Source: Dehalococcoidia bacterium (GTDB lineage: Bacteria; Chloroflexota; Dehalococcoidia; UBA6926). From it: a stretch of 64,000 nt of DNA. The notes under the pieces are model-generated. The model saw only the letters and a program-made list of their open reading frames with translations, had not been told where the DNA came from and made no database searches. Below are positions 20,344-30,926 of the stretch, piece by piece (the stretch's first letter is position 1; each line of letters starts with the position of its first letter). The position numbers were made by a program, and so were the translations under genes. The DNA is taken from the NCBI GenBank assembly GCA_963666115.2, contig CAXXET010000004.1:128001-192000 (forward strand). Direction: 5' to 3'.

Positions 20344-20952
20344 TCAGAATAAAACGTCGCCCACAAAGGGCAGATTCTGGAGGAAATCGATGCTGTAGTA
20401 GCCCGCCAGCGCGATTGCCGTCACGAGGATGAGCTTGCCGCCAAACACGATCAGCAGGAAGCGCGCCAGCGGATACCGGATCGCCCCCGCCCAGATGCCC
20501 GCGATGTCGAACGGCAGCGGCGTCGCCGCGAAGGCGAAGATCGCCAGCCCCCGCCACCGTTCCCCCACGCCCTCCAGCCGCGCGTGCCACCTGCTCCCCT
20601 CGATCATCGACGACCCGCCCCGTCCCGCCATGTACGCCGTGATCTCCCCCAAAGCAGCGCCCACCGCGCCAAACAGCCCGATCAGCAGCGGGTTCAGCGT
20701 CCCCGACACCGCGAAGATGACCGCGTGGCCCGGCACCGGCAGCAGCACGACCGTCGCGCTGTTGATGAGTTGCAGCAGGAACACCCCTGCGTAGCCCCAC
20801 TCGCCCAGCCCCTCCACGAAGCTCGCGTAGCGAATGAGAAGCACGATGACGATAAGCGAGATGACCAGCGCTGCGCCCACCTGGAGAATCGGTACGACGC
20901 GGTTCCGCCGCTCCCCGCCCCCCGGATCGCCCGCCTGCGCCGCGTTAGCCAA
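20344..20952 (-). CDS. VTT/DedA (SNARE-associated) membrane protein
   Basis: LPVPG, GAALGEITAYMAGR, ATPLPFDIAGIWAG. Confidence 0.8.
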   Translation of the reverse strand: MANAAQAGDPGGGERRNRVVPILQVGAALVISLIVIVLLIRYASFVEGLGEWGYAGVFLLQLINSATVVLLPVPGHAVIFAVSGTLNPLLIGLFGAVGAALGEITAYMAGRGGSSMIEGSRWHARLEGVGERWRGLAIFAFAATPLPFDIAGIWAGAIRYPLARFLLIVFGGKLILVTAIALAGYYSIDFLQNLPFVGDVLF

Positions 20953-21751
20953 GCGTCACGTCCCCCGCGTGAACCACCCTCCGCTGCCCGTCATCCGTCT
21001 GGACGACCAGCCCCCCGCTCGGTTCGACGTCCAGCGCGATGCCCTCAAACGTCGAATCGCTGCCGGACACGCTCACGCGCTTGCCGAGGTTGACGAGAGC
21101 CGCGCGCCATTGGTCGAACACGTCTCCGCCCTCCCGCGCCTCCACGTACAGCGCCTCCATCTCCTCCAAAAGAGCGCACAACAGGTCAAGACGCGAAACC
21201 TCCCCGCCCGTCTCCCTGCTAAGACTCGTGGACGCGTCGGCGATCTCCGGTATGGACGCCGTATCCCAGTTGACGTTGACGCCGATGCCAACAATGGCGA
21301 ACTGGTCCGCCTCCGATTCGTCCCGCACAACCTCAACGAGAATGCCGCAAACCTTGCGCCCGCCAATGAGCACGTCGTTCGGCCACTTGATCTCAGGCGC
21401 AAGCTCCGGGCAGACCCGCCGGATCGCGCGCGGCACGGCAAGCGCGGCAATCATCGACAGCGACGGCAACAGTTCCGGGCTCGGCCTCAACAGGACTGAG
21501 ACCAGCAGCGACGCCCCTGGCGGCGACATCCACGACCGCCGGAATCGCCCCCTGCCCCGCGTCTGCTCGTCCGCGGTGATAACCAGCCCCTCCGCAGCCC
21601 CCGCCCGCCCGGCCGCCGAGACATCGTCCTGCGTGGAATGAGTAAGCGCCAAATGCCGGTACTCCGCCCCAATGATCCTCGTCGAAAGCCGCTCCCGAAC
21701 CGCAGATTCATTCAAAGTACACACCCCCCGTTCCACTCTATAATGATGCAT
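20945..21751 (-). CDS. birA: Biotin-protein ligase (no HTH)
   Basis: STQD, ADEQTRGRGRFRRSW, IKWPNDV, KVCGIL, GIGVNV. Confidence 0.93.
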   Translation of the reverse strand: MHHYRVERGVCTLNESAVRERLSTRIIGAEYRHLALTHSTQDDVSAAGRAGAAEGLVITADEQTRGRGRFRRSWMSPPGASLLVSVLLRPSPELLPSLSMIAALAVPRAIRRVCPELAPEIKWPNDVLIGGRKVCGILVEVVRDESEADQFAIVGIGVNVNWDTASIPEIADASTSLSRETGGEVSRLDLLCALLEEMEALYVEAREGGDVFDQWRAALVNLGKRVSVSGSDSTFEGIALDVEPSGGLVVQTDDGQRRVVHAGDVTLG

Positions 21752-21755
21752 ATTC

Positions 21756-21783
21756 TGTCATTCTGAGCGGAGCGAAGAATCTC
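21756..21783 (+). repeat. REP-like element TGTCATTCTGAGCGNAGCGAAGAATCTC, copy 1
   Basis: 28 nt; differs from the copies at 33546 and 56267 at only one position. Confidence 0.85.
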
Positions 21784-21803
21784 TCAGGGAGGAACAACAA
21801 CCA

Positions 21804-22751
21804 ATGCAATACCGTCGTCTGGGCAACTCAGGCCTCCAGGTCTCCACCGTCGGGCTCGGCACCAACAACTTCGGCAGGCGGCTCGAATACGAACAGAGCG
21901 AGGCGGTCATCAAGGCGTCGCTCGATAACGGGATCAACTTCATCGACACAGCCAACATCTACAGCATGGGCGAGTCCGAAGAACACATCGGGCGCGCCCT
22001 CAAGGGCAGCCGCGAGGCGGCGGTCATCGCCACCAAGGGCGGCGGTCAAATGAGCCAGGGCCCCCACGGCAGCGGCAACTCCCGCAAGCACATCACAGCC
22101 GAGGTGGAGGCCAGCCTAACACGCCTCCAAACCGACTACATCGACCTCTACCAAATCCACTTCCCGGACAACGACACGCCCATCGAAGAGACGCTCCGCG
22201 CGCTAGACGATCTGATCCACGCCGGCAAGATTCTGTACATCGGCAGCTCCAACTTCGCCGTATGGCAGGAGGCGGAGGCCGCGTGGACAAGCCGCCACCT
22301 CGGCCTCAACAGCTTCATCAGCACGCAGCCGGAATACAGCCTCATCAACCGCGACGTCGAGCGTGAACTGATCCCCTTCGCCGTCAAGTACAACATTGGC
22401 GTCATCCCCTATTTCCCGCTCGCCGGCGGCGTCCTCACCGGCAAGTACACGCAGGGACAGGAGCCGCCGGAGGGCACGCGCATGTCCACCACCCCCGCCA
22501 ACTTCCGCGGCCGCTTCATGAACGACCGCACCTTTGCCATAGCCGACGTCGCCGCGAAATTCGCCGAACAGCGCGGTCACACAACGGTCGAACTCGCCAT
22601 AGCATGGCTGCTAGCCCAGCCGCAGGTGGCAAGCGTCATCGCAGGCGCAACCCGCCCCGAACAAGTACAAGCAAACGCAAAGGCCGCAGACTGGACCCTA
22701 ACCCCCGAAGAAGTAACAGCCCTAAACGAAAAGCTAACCGCCCTCGGCTAG
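21804..22751 (+). CDS. Aldo/keto reductase
   Basis: LGNSGLQVS, FIDTANIY, IATK, LQTDYIDLYQIH, GSSN, QPEYSL, PLAGG. Confidence 0.95.
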   Translation: MQYRRLGNSGLQVSTVGLGTNNFGRRLEYEQSEAVIKASLDNGINFIDTANIYSMGESEEHIGRALKGSREAAVIATKGGGQMSQGPHGSGNSRKHITAEVEASLTRLQTDYIDLYQIHFPDNDTPIEETLRALDDLIHAGKILYIGSSNFAVWQEAEAAWTSRHLGLNSFISTQPEYSLINRDVERELIPFAVKYNIGVIPYFPLAGGVLTGKYTQGQEPPEGTRMSTTPANFRGRFMNDRTFAIADVAAKFAEQRGHTTVELAIAWLLAQPQVASVIAGATRPEQVQANAKAADWTLTPEEVTALNEKLTALG

Positions 22752-22794
22752 CCCACCCCCGTCACCCAACCCCTCCGTCATTCCCCCCAACCCT

Positions 22795-22836
22795 CCGTCA
22801 TTCCGGCGAAGGCCGGAATCCATCCCCCCTCACCCT
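22795..22836. repeat. REP-like palindrome GTCATTCCGGCGAAGGCCGGAATCC plus CCCTCACCCT
   Basis: Same families as 1383-1436; a partial duplicate CCGTCATTCC lies just upstream. Confidence 0.75.
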
Positions 22837-23280
22837 AACAACATAATTCTGCAAATCATCCTGCGTCGAATAATGCCGACCCTCCGCAAACATCTCCGTC
22901 AGACGCTGGAACAGCAGCGGCCCCACCTGCGACACCGCCTCCTCCAAATCGGCTGAAACGATGGACACGTCCGGGAATGCTACGGGCGTCGCGCGGTACT
23001 CCCCCTCCTCCGTCCGCTGGATCATCACGATATACGGCGACGTATCGCCGCGACGCGGATTCCGCACCCACACAGTCCGAACGGGAGGCCACTCCTCACG
23101 CGGCGTCTCGCCGCCCTCCGCGATGATCTCCCCAAGCGCGATCCCCGCATTGTCGGCCACGTCGTCCAACGCCGCCGCCCGCGTCGCCCCCTGCCCCGTC
23201 ACGCCCGCAATCGCAGGCACTACCGCGCTGTAAGACCCGTCCTCATTGGACAGCAGAACCGCCGTGTACGATGGCGCCAT
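22798..23280 (-). CDS. Tandem HicB-like (partial RNase H fold) protein
   Basis: YTAVL..EDGSYSAVVPAIAGVTGQGATRAAAL, then a second copy YIVMI..EEGEYRATPVAFPDVS..ADLEEA. Confidence 0.7.
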   Translation of the reverse strand: MAPSYTAVLLSNEDGSYSAVVPAIAGVTGQGATRAAALDDVADNAGIALGEIIAEGGETPREEWPPVRTVWVRNPRRGDTSPYIVMIQRTEEGEYRATPVAFPDVSIVSADLEEAVSQVGPLLFQRLTEMFAEGRHYSTQDDLQNYVVRVRGDGFRPSPE

Positions 23281-23297
23281 ATCCTCCCCCGTTGTAG

Positions 23298-24749
23298 CTA
23301 CTCGCCCCCAAATAGCGACGCCGCCGCAGTCTCCGCCGCCTCCGCCAACGGCCTCACGTACAGCCCGCCCGCCACGATCGCAACGAGCAAGCCCAGTATC
23401 AGCAGCCACATCGTCCTCGATACGCGAATCGGCCCCGCGCCCTCCTCCGGCTGCTCAATGTACATCTGCCTCACGATATTCAGATAGTAGTACAGCGAAA
23501 TCAGGCTGGCGAATATGGCGATGCCCACCGGAACGAGGAATCGCGTCCCCGCCGTCGCCACCACCGTGAACAGGTAGAACTTGGACGCGAACCCGATGAA
23601 GAACGGGAATCCGGCCAGGCTGAACAACGCCCCCGTCAACGCCAGCGCCAGGAACGGGTTGCGCCGCGCCAGCCCCGCCACGTCGCGCACCCCCTCCTTG
23701 CCCGTCTGCTGCCACACCGCAAGCAAAACCATGAACGCCACCATCGTGGACGCCGCGTAGCTCACGCTGTGGATCAGTATCCCCGCAGCCGGTTTCGCGG
23801 GGTCGTCTGCCCCCAGCGCCGCGATCCCCAGCAGCAGGTAGCCCACCTGCCCGATGCTCGAATACGCCATCAGCCGTTTCAGATTCGACTGCAAGATAGC
23901 GACGAGGTTGCCGAGCATCATGCTCAGCACCGCCAGCAGGATGAACACCCAGTCCCAGAAGAGCGCGACCGGCTCCAGCGCGACGGCAACCAGCCGGATC
24001 AACAACGCGAACCCGGCGGCCTTGGACGCCGCCGCAAGGTACGCCGTAATGGGTATCGGCGCGCCCTCGTACACGTCCGGCGTCCACATGTGGAACGGCA
24101 CGGCGGCCACCTTGAACCCCAGCCCCGCCGTCAACATCGCCAGCGCGATGATCAGCCCCGGGCTTGGTGAAAGCGTGCTCAGCCCGCTCGCCACCTCGTC
24201 GTAGCGCGTGTCGCCCGTCAGCCCGTAGATGTACGTGATGCCCAGCAAGAGGAACGCCGACGCAATCGCCCCAAGCAGGATGTACTTCATCCCCGCCTCG
24301 TTCGTCCGCCGCTCCTTCCACGTGTACGACGCCAGGATGTACAGCGAGAAGCTCAACAGCTCCAGCGAGATATACGCCGTGATCAACTCGCCCGCCGCCG
24401 CCATCCCCATCGCGCCCACGGTGGCCATCATCAGGAGAGCCACGAACTCGCCGGGGCTGTCAATCGACGACACGAATTGCGACGAACCGAGAATCGTCAC
24501 CGCCGCGAGGATCACGAACAGCGCGAAGAAGAACGCGGAATACGTATCGAAGATGAGGATGCCGCCTGCGAAGCGGCTCGTCTCGCCGTCGTTCGCAACG
24601 ATGATGAACACGCCAATCGCGGCCATGACCGCCGCGCCCCCGTACACCAGGACGGTCCGCGAGAGGCGCGGCACAATCAGGTCGAGCGTGAACGCCCCGA
24701 ACGCAAGGCCGGTCACGAGATAGCCCGGCAACAGCAGCGCCCAGTTCAT
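23298..24749 (-). CDS. nuoN: Complex I subunit N
   Basis: EAGMKY, GFKVAAVPFHMWTPDVYEGAP, KRLMAYSSI. Confidence 0.95.
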   Translation of the reverse strand: MNWALLLPGYLVTGLAFGAFTLDLIVPRLSRTVLVYGGAAVMAAIGVFIIVANDGETSRFAGGILIFDTYSAFFFALFVILAAVTILGSSQFVSSIDSPGEFVALLMMATVGAMGMAAAGELITAYISLELLSFSLYILASYTWKERRTNEAGMKYILLGAIASAFLLLGITYIYGLTGDTRYDEVASGLSTLSPSPGLIIALAMLTAGLGFKVAAVPFHMWTPDVYEGAPIPITAYLAAASKAAGFALLIRLVAVALEPVALFWDWVFILLAVLSMMLGNLVAILQSNLKRLMAYSSIGQVGYLLLGIAALGADDPAKPAAGILIHSVSYAASTMVAFMVLLAVWQQTGKEGVRDVAGLARRNPFLALALTGALFSLAGFPFFIGFASKFYLFTVVATAGTRFLVPVGIAIFASLISLYYYLNIVRQMYIEQPEEGAGPIRVSRTMWLLILGLLVAIVAGGLYVRPLAEAAETAAASLFGGE

Positions 24750-24761
24750 CGCATCACGCCC

Positions 24762-26705
24762 CTACACCGTCTCCGCCAGCACGGCCACGGCCACGATGAT
24801 CACCGCCGCGATTGTAAAGACAAGCGCGTAGTTGAAGACGAAGCCCGTCTGCATCCCACGAAGAAGTTGCCCCGCGTCCACCGTGCGCGCGGCGGGGCCG
24901 TCCACCCCGGCGTCATTGACCACGCGCCGGTCAACCTCGCGGATGAACCCGGCAAAGACCAGCACAATCCGGTCGATGACCCACTGCGCCGCGGCATCGA
25001 TGTAGAACCGGTTCTGGACAAGCTTCAGCGGCCCCGCCACTGCCTCCAAAACCCCATCGTCAACGCGCTCCCTGTTGTTCCAGTAGTTCAGCCCGACGCC
25101 GATCCCCGCGACGGCGGTCAGCGTGGACGCCAGCGCCAGGAGCATGTCGAAATGGAACTCGCGGTGCCCATGCGTCAGGAACTCGATGAAGTCCCAGCCA
25201 AACGCCAGCACAATGCCAAGGAAAATGGCCAGCGCGCCAAGCGCCACAAGCGGAACGGACATCAACGGCGGCGCGTCATGCAAAACGGCCGCGTGGCTCC
25301 CCTCTCCGTCATGCGATTCCACAGGCGGCGCCGGCCCTCCCTGCGCGACAACCAGCGCGAGCCGCGTCATGTACAGCGCGCTCAGGAATGAGGCGATGAC
25401 GGCTCCAAAGAACAGCAGGTAGCCCGGCAGCGTCTCGATCTCAAGCGCCGGCGCAAGAATCCCCTCCTTGGAGAAGAACCCGCTTAAGGGTGGTATCCCG
25501 GCCAGCGACAGGCTCCCGATGATAAGCGCAGCGGCAGTGAGCGGCGCGCCGATCCGCAGCCCCCGCACCTGGTAAATCGAAGCCGAAGATGCGTGAATCG
25601 CGTGCAGCGCAACCCCCGCCGTCAGGAACAACAGCGCCTTGAAATAGCCGTGCGTCAGCAGGTGGAACATGCCGCCGCTCGGGTCGCGGTGCTCGACGTT
25701 TGCCGAAAGGCCCGCCGCGCCAAGCGCCAGCATCATCAGCCCAAGCTGGCTCACCGTCGAATACGCGAGGATGCGCTTGAAGTCGATCTCGCCCAGCGCG
25801 AGCAGCCCGGCAAGGATGGCCGTCACCAGCCCAATCACCGCCACGAACCAGAGCACCCCGGGCGCCTCCACGAACAGGTCGAACATCCTGGCAACCAGGA
25901 ACACCCCCGCCGCCACCATCGTCGCCGCGTGAATCAGCGCGCTGACCGGTGTCGGCCCCTCCATCGCGTCCGGCAGCCAGATGTGGAACGGGAATTGCGC
26001 GCTCTTGCCCATCGCGCCCAGGAACAGCAGGAACGCCACCAGCGCCGCCTCTCCTCCGCTCAACGACGCGATAACCTCCCGGATGTCGAACGTCCCCGTG
26101 CTCAGGTACGCGACGATGATGCCGATGAGCAGCCCGACGTCCCCGAATCGCGTCGTGATGAACGCCTTTTTCGCCGCCTCCGCCGCCGAGCGCCGCTCCC
26201 AGTAGAAGCCGATGAGCAGGAACGAGCACAGCCCAACCAGTTCCCACGAGATATACAACAGCAGCAGGCTGCCGGTCAGCACAAGCGCCAGCATGGACGC
26301 CGCGAACAGCGAATGTGCCGCGAAATACCACCCGAACCGCTCGTCCCCCTTCATGTACTCCAGCGAATACACCTGCACCGCAAGAGACACGGACGTGACC
26401 AGAATGATCATCATCACCGACAGGCTGTCGACGATATAACTCAGCCCAAACTCGGAGCCTCCCGCTGACAGCCAGACGATTTTCCCAACATATTCCCCGT
26501 TCGCAAGGTAATCGCCCAAAACGCCAAGCGACCCGATGAATGCAATGCCGATGGCGGCAACGCTCACCCAGGACGCGGCCTGCGGCAGAATCTGGAGCCG
26601 CCCGATGGCGAGAATGACGAATGCGGCAAACGGCAGCGCGGCAACCAGCCACGCCTGCTCTGCGCCAATCGGAATCATGTCCAGCAGGGCTGTCACGGGT
26701 GCCAA
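24762..26705 (-). CDS. nuoL: Complex I subunit L
   Basis: WELVGLCSFLLIGF, GKSAQFPFHIWLPDAMEGPTPVSALIHAATMV, HGYFKALLFL. Confidence 0.96.
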   Translation of the reverse strand: MAPVTALLDMIPIGAEQAWLVAALPFAAFVILAIGRLQILPQAASWVSVAAIGIAFIGSLGVLGDYLANGEYVGKIVWLSAGGSEFGLSYIVDSLSVMMIILVTSVSLAVQVYSLEYMKGDERFGWYFAAHSLFAASMLALVLTGSLLLLYISWELVGLCSFLLIGFYWERRSAAEAAKKAFITTRFGDVGLLIGIIVAYLSTGTFDIREVIASLSGGEAALVAFLLFLGAMGKSAQFPFHIWLPDAMEGPTPVSALIHAATMVAAGVFLVARMFDLFVEAPGVLWFVAVIGLVTAILAGLLALGEIDFKRILAYSTVSQLGLMMLALGAAGLSANVEHRDPSGGMFHLLTHGYFKALLFLTAGVALHAIHASSASIYQVRGLRIGAPLTAAALIIGSLSLAGIPPLSGFFSKEGILAPALEIETLPGYLLFFGAVIASFLSALYMTRLALVVAQGGPAPPVESHDGEGSHAAVLHDAPPLMSVPLVALGALAIFLGIVLAFGWDFIEFLTHGHREFHFDMLLALASTLTAVAGIGVGLNYWNNRERVDDGVLEAVAGPLKLVQNRFYIDAAAQWVIDRIVLVFAGFIREVDRRVVNDAGVDGPAARTVDAGQLLRGMQTGFVFNYALVFTIAAVIIVAVAVLAETV

Positions 26706-26708
26706 TCC

Positions 26709-27017
26709 CTACTGCTGCAAGGTGGAGATGCGGTCCAAATTGACCGTCTCCCAGTTTCTGAACATGCGAAGAACGATGGCGAGCGCGAGGCCGACCTCCG
26801 CCGCCGCAATGGTGATCACGAAGATGATCAGCACGTGCGCGATGGCCTCTGTCCCAACCACGTAGCGCGCGAACGCGATGAGATGCACGTTGACCGCGTT
26901 CAACATCAACTCCACGGACATGAGCACAAGCACCGCGTTCCGCCGCGCCAGCACGCCGTACAAGCCAAGGCAGAACAGCGCCGCCCCCAAAATGAGCATG
27001 AACTCCAGGACAGTCAT
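26709..27017 (-). CDS. nuoK: Complex I subunit K
   Basis: RRNAVLVLMSVELMLN, AAAEVGLALAI. Confidence 0.95.
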   Translation of the reverse strand: MTVLEFMLILGAALFCLGLYGVLARRNAVLVLMSVELMLNAVNVHLIAFARYVVGTEAIAHVLIIFVITIAAAEVGLALAIVLRMFRNWETVNLDRISTLQQ

Positions 27018-27514
27018 GCGCCGTCACGCCCGCTGCGAGTCAGCACAACCGCGCCGACCAACGCCACCAGCAGCACCAGTGACGCAATTTCAAACGGAAT
27101 CAGGAAATCGCTGAAGAGCAGTTCGCTCAGCGCCGTGAACTCGGCCATCGGGTCGGTGCCCGGCTCGCGCGTCCGCCATGGCGTCGACAACGCCGCCGCA
27201 ACAAGCAGCGCGAACAGCCCAAGACAGGCCATCGCGGCAAGCGGGCGCTGTGTATTGTCCTCCACGTTCGCCTGTTCCGGCGCCCGCGTCAGCATGATGC
27301 CGAACAGCAGCACAATCGTTATCGCGCCGCCGTATATCAAGACCTGCGCCAGCGCGATGAACTCTGCCAGCATCATCAGGAAGAGAGCCGCCACCCCCAC
27401 AAGCGAAAGCAAAAGGAAGACAGCGGCGTACACCACGTTCCGCGTCGCGACAACCCCAACGGCCGCCGCAACCGTGATAATCCCAATCGCCCCCAATATC
27501 GCCGTCTCAATCAT
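27014..27514 (-). CDS. nuoJ: Complex I subunit J
   Basis: AEFIALAQVLIYGGAI, PFEIASLVLLVALVGA. Confidence 0.93.
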   Translation of the reverse strand: MIETAILGAIGIITVAAAVGVVATRNVVYAAVFLLLSLVGVAALFLMMLAEFIALAQVLIYGGAITIVLLFGIMLTRAPEQANVEDNTQRPLAAMACLGLFALLVAAALSTPWRTREPGTDPMAEFTALSELLFSDFLIPFEIASLVLLVALVGAVVLTRSGRDGA

Positions 27515-28161
27515 TCGGCGTCCTTATCTCCCTCTCCCTGCGCCGCTCGCTCAGCCGCCCGTTGCGCCCGCAGTTCCGCCGCCTTGGCCCGCGCCGCCGC
27601 TACCCGATCCTCGCTCGACGCAGGCGCGTCCGCCGCTGCCGCAGTCCCGCCGCCCTGCGCGGCGGCCCGTCGTTGCGACTTCTTCGCCTCCGGCGGCGAC
27701 CACCGCCCCTTCGCCTCCTGCTCTTTGCCGGCCTCAAGCAGTTGCTCCAGGTCAAATACGAGATTCGGACGCGCATACTGGCTCGCATCGAAGTTGTCGG
27801 ACATGATGATCGCGTCGAAGTTGCAGTACTCCACGCACAGCCCGCACATGATGCAGTCCGCCACGTTCAAATCAAAATAATCCACGATCTTGCGGCGCGA
27901 ACTGTCGCCCTCCGCGTGCTTTGGATTGTCCATCATCGCCACGTCGATACAGTCCGTCGGACAAATCCGCATACACACCAGGCAGCCGGTGCAGTACGGC
28001 TCCGGCACGTCCTTGTCCCATGTCAACACGGGATGCGCCATGAAACGCGGCGCAAGCGTCGGTTCGACACTCGGATATTCCGCCGTGACCGGCGGCTTGA
28101 GCGCCAGCTTCACCGTTGTAAGCAGACTCTTGAATGTGCCTAGCATGACTATTGCGCCCAC
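27511..28161 (-). CDS. nuoI: Complex I subunit I (2x[4Fe-4S])
   Basis: CTGCLVCMRICP and CIMCGLCVEYC; Ala-rich tail. Start may be 28146. Confidence 0.93.
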   Translation of the reverse strand: MGAIVMLGTFKSLLTTVKLALKPPVTAEYPSVEPTLAPRFMAHPVLTWDKDVPEPYCTGCLVCMRICPTDCIDVAMMDNPKHAEGDSSRRKIVDYFDLNVADCIMCGLCVEYCNFDAIIMSDNFDASQYARPNLVFDLEQLLEAGKEQEAKGRWSPPEAKKSQRRAAAQGGGTAAAADAPASSEDRVAAARAKAAELRAQRAAERAAQGEGDKDAE

Positions 28162-29273
28162 CTTTGCCTGAATTGCCGGAGCCTCTGTTCTCTGCGCCGC
28201 TGGATGTAGATGCCGGTCGCCACGGCCAGCACGATGCTCACCGCGCTAATTGTCACACTTGTCAGCCAGGGTTCCCAACCGTTCTGGTGCTGGACCCAGA
28301 CCACCGTCGCCACCAGCAGGAGATTCACGAGCGACGCCGGGATGGCGATTTTCCACGCGAACGCCATGAGCTGGTCGATGCGGAGCCGGGGCAGCGGCGC
28401 GCGAATCCAGAACACGATGAGGATGATGGCGGCAATCTTCACGAACAGGTAGAACGGTTGGAGGAACGTGTATTCGTCCGAGAACGGGCCGCTCCATCCG
28501 CCCAGGAACAGGATTGTTGCCAGGAACGCCATCGTCGCCAGCCCCGCGTACTCGGTCAGGAAGAACACGCCCCAGCGGATGCCGGAGTATTCGACGAACG
28601 CCCCGCCCACAATCTCCTCCTCCGCGTGCGGGATATCAAACGGAATCCGCGCCGTCTCCGCCAACGCCCCCACGATGAAGAGGATGAAGCCCAGCGGCAT
28701 GATCAGCAGGTACGGCACGCTGCCCTGCGCCTCCACGATTCCGGAGAGGCTGAACGGGCGGTCCGTCGCCGTCTGCGCGAGCAGCCCCACGGCCAGCACC
28801 GCGAACACGAGAGGCAGCTCATAGCTGATCAACTGCGCGGCGTTGCGCGCGCTCCCAAGCAATGCGTACTTGTTGTTGGACGCCCAGCCGGCCAGCACGT
28901 GGCCCACCACGGACAGCCCCAGGATAGCGATGATATACAACAGCCCGATGTCCAGGTCGCTCAGCACCCAGTCGGGGCCGAACGGCAGAACCATCCACAA
29001 CATGAAGATCGGCGTGAAAATCAGCAGCGGCGCGACGTAGAAGATGACCAGGTTCACGCTCCCCGGCCGCACGTCCTCCTTGAGCATCAGCTTGATCGCG
29101 TCCGCCGCCGTCTGCAGCAGGCCGAACGGCCCCGTCCGCGACGGCCCCACGCGCTGCTGCAGCCGCGCCAGAGCCTTGCGCTCCGCATAGATCACGCCTA
29201 GCACGGCGGTCAAAATGCCGTTGAACAGCACGAAGACGACAATGGCAATCGTGATGAGATCGAGCAAACTCAT
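28149..29273 (-). CDS. nuoH: Complex I subunit H
   Basis: [41 protein letters not shown]. Confidence 0.95.
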   Translation of the reverse strand: MSLLDLITIAIVVFVLFNGILTAVLGVIYAERKALARLQQRVGPSRTGPFGLLQTAADAIKLMLKEDVRPGSVNLVIFYVAPLLIFTPIFMLWMVLPFGPDWVLSDLDIGLLYIIAILGLSVVGHVLAGWASNNKYALLGSARNAAQLISYELPLVFAVLAVGLLAQTATDRPFSLSGIVEAQGSVPYLLIMPLGFILFIVGALAETARIPFDIPHAEEEIVGGAFVEYSGIRWGVFFLTEYAGLATMAFLATILFLGGWSGPFSDEYTFLQPFYLFVKIAAIILIVFWIRAPLPRLRIDQLMAFAWKIAIPASLVNLLLVATVVWVQHQNGWEPWLTSVTISAVSIVLAVATGIYIQRRREQRLRQFRQRWAQ

Positions 29274-30415
29274 CGATCCACCTCGCCCAGCACGATGTCC
29301 ATAGAGCCGAGGATCACGGTGGCGTCCGCAAGGTACGAGCCTCGAATCATGGCCGGCAGCGCCATGAGGTTGCAGAAGCTCGGCCCGCGAATCTTGAGGC
29401 GGTACGGCCGCACAGTGCCGCCTGACGAAACGAGATAGACGCCAAGATCGCCGCGCGGGTTCTCCCCGTGAACGTACACGTCGCCCGCCTCCGGGCGCAT
29501 GATGCGCGGCACGCGGCCCATCACCGGGCCCTCCGGCAGCTTGTCCAGCGCCTGGGCAACAATGGAAATCGACTGCTCGATCTCCAGCATCCGCACCATG
29601 TAGCGGTCGTAGCAATCGCCTGTTTGGCCGGTCGGCACGCGAAAGTCCAGTTCCTCGTAGACGGAGTAGGGATCGGCCTTGCGAATGTCATAGTCGATGC
29701 CCGCCGCCCGCAGCAGCGGCCCCGTCACGCCGTAGTCGAGCAGGTCCTCCGCGGGAATCGCGCCGATGCCCGCCGTCCGCTCGATGAATATCTCGCTCTC
29801 TGTAAGCGTGCCGCGCGCCTCTTCATAACCGGACTTGAGTTGATCCAGCAGGGCGCGCACGGCGGGGACAAACCCGTCCGGCAAATCCTCCTTGACCCCG
29901 CCGATGCGGAAGTAGTTGTGCATCATGCGCGCGCCCGTAACGCCCTCGAAAATCTGCTGAATCCGCTCGCGGTCGCGGAACCCGATCATCACGGGGTTCA
30001 TCGCCCCCGTATCCAGCCCGTACGTCCCGTAGAACAGCAGGTGGCTCGCAATGCGGTTCAGCTCGGACAAAATAAGGCGGATGTACTCGGCGCGCTCCGG
30101 CGGCGCCACTCCCATCGCCTTTTCCACCGCCCGCACGTAGACCCACTCATTGTTGAAATTGGCCACGTAGTCCAGGCGGTCGAATAGCGTTGTTATCTGC
30201 TGAAAATTCTCGCCCTCCGCCAGCCGCTCTGACCCCCGGTGCAGGTATCCGATGTGCGGATACACGTCAACAACGCGCTCGCCGTCCAGCGTCAGCACCA
30301 TCCGAAACACGCCGTGCGTCGCCGGATGCTGCGGCCCCATGTTGATGCTCAACTCCGCCTGCTCCGTGACGGGGTCGCGCGCGATGTTCGCCGACAGTCC
30401 GGCATCAGTCGCCAT
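29270..30415 (-). CDS. nuoD: Complex I subunit D
   Basis: NMGPQHPATHGV, GYLHRG, RLDY, GEVDR terminus; no hydrogenase CxxC motifs. Confidence 0.96.
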   Translation of the reverse strand: MATDAGLSANIARDPVTEQAELSINMGPQHPATHGVFRMVLTLDGERVVDVYPHIGYLHRGSERLAEGENFQQITTLFDRLDYVANFNNEWVYVRAVEKAMGVAPPERAEYIRLILSELNRIASHLLFYGTYGLDTGAMNPVMIGFRDRERIQQIFEGVTGARMMHNYFRIGGVKEDLPDGFVPAVRALLDQLKSGYEEARGTLTESEIFIERTAGIGAIPAEDLLDYGVTGPLLRAAGIDYDIRKADPYSVYEELDFRVPTGQTGDCYDRYMVRMLEIEQSISIVAQALDKLPEGPVMGRVPRIMRPEAGDVYVHGENPRGDLGVYLVSSGGTVRPYRLKIRGPSFCNLMALPAMIRGSYLADATVILGSMDIVLGEVDR

Positions 30416-30926
30416 AGAACGTCACCTGCTCCGGAATCTCATAGTCCTTGCGCCCCGGGAATCCCTCGAACCCCTCATACAGGATCAACGGCGACAGGTC
30501 CGGGTGTCCGCGAAACTCCAGCCCAAACAGGTCGTGCCCCTCCCGCTCATGCCAGTCCGCCCCCATCCAGACGCCGATCACCGTTGGAATCCACGGATCG
30601 TCGATGGGCGCGCGCGTCTTGACCACCACCTTGTGCGGATGGCTGAGCGAAGCGAGATGATACACCGCCTCCAACTCCTCCTGCCAATCCACAACTGAAA
30701 GGCAGCGGAGATACCTGAAGTCCAAATCCGGATCGGACTTCAATGCGGCGCACACGTCAACGACCGCGTCGCGCGGCACACGCAACTCAAGTTCATCGAA
30801 CGAATACTCGATGGACTGCGCGCTGTCCCCGGCAATTTCCCGCGCGCGCGCCTCAATTGGCGAGGACGCGGCGGTCTCCTCTGCGGATTCCTCGGGGCGG
30901 GCGTCAGGCCGGTCGTCGGTCGTCAC
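30405..30926 (-). CDS. nuoC: Complex I subunit C
   Basis: ADWHEREGHDLFGLEFRGHP, PGRKDY. Confidence 0.93.
   Translation of the reverse strand: MTTDDRPDARPEESAEETAASSPIEARAREIAGDSAQSIEYSFDELELRVPRDAVVDVCAALKSDPDLDFRYLRCLSVVDWQEELEAVYHLASLSHPHKVVVKTRAPIDDPWIPTVIGVWMGADWHEREGHDLFGLEFRGHPDLSPLILYEGFEGFPGRKDYEIPEQVTFYGD

Noticed and set aside
19268-20800. 510-aa HisG with long N-extension (likewise extended NuoH, NuoB, TatB, KorA ORFs)
   Set aside because: Extensions overlap neighbouring genes or intergenic DNA; downstream starts fit the families better.
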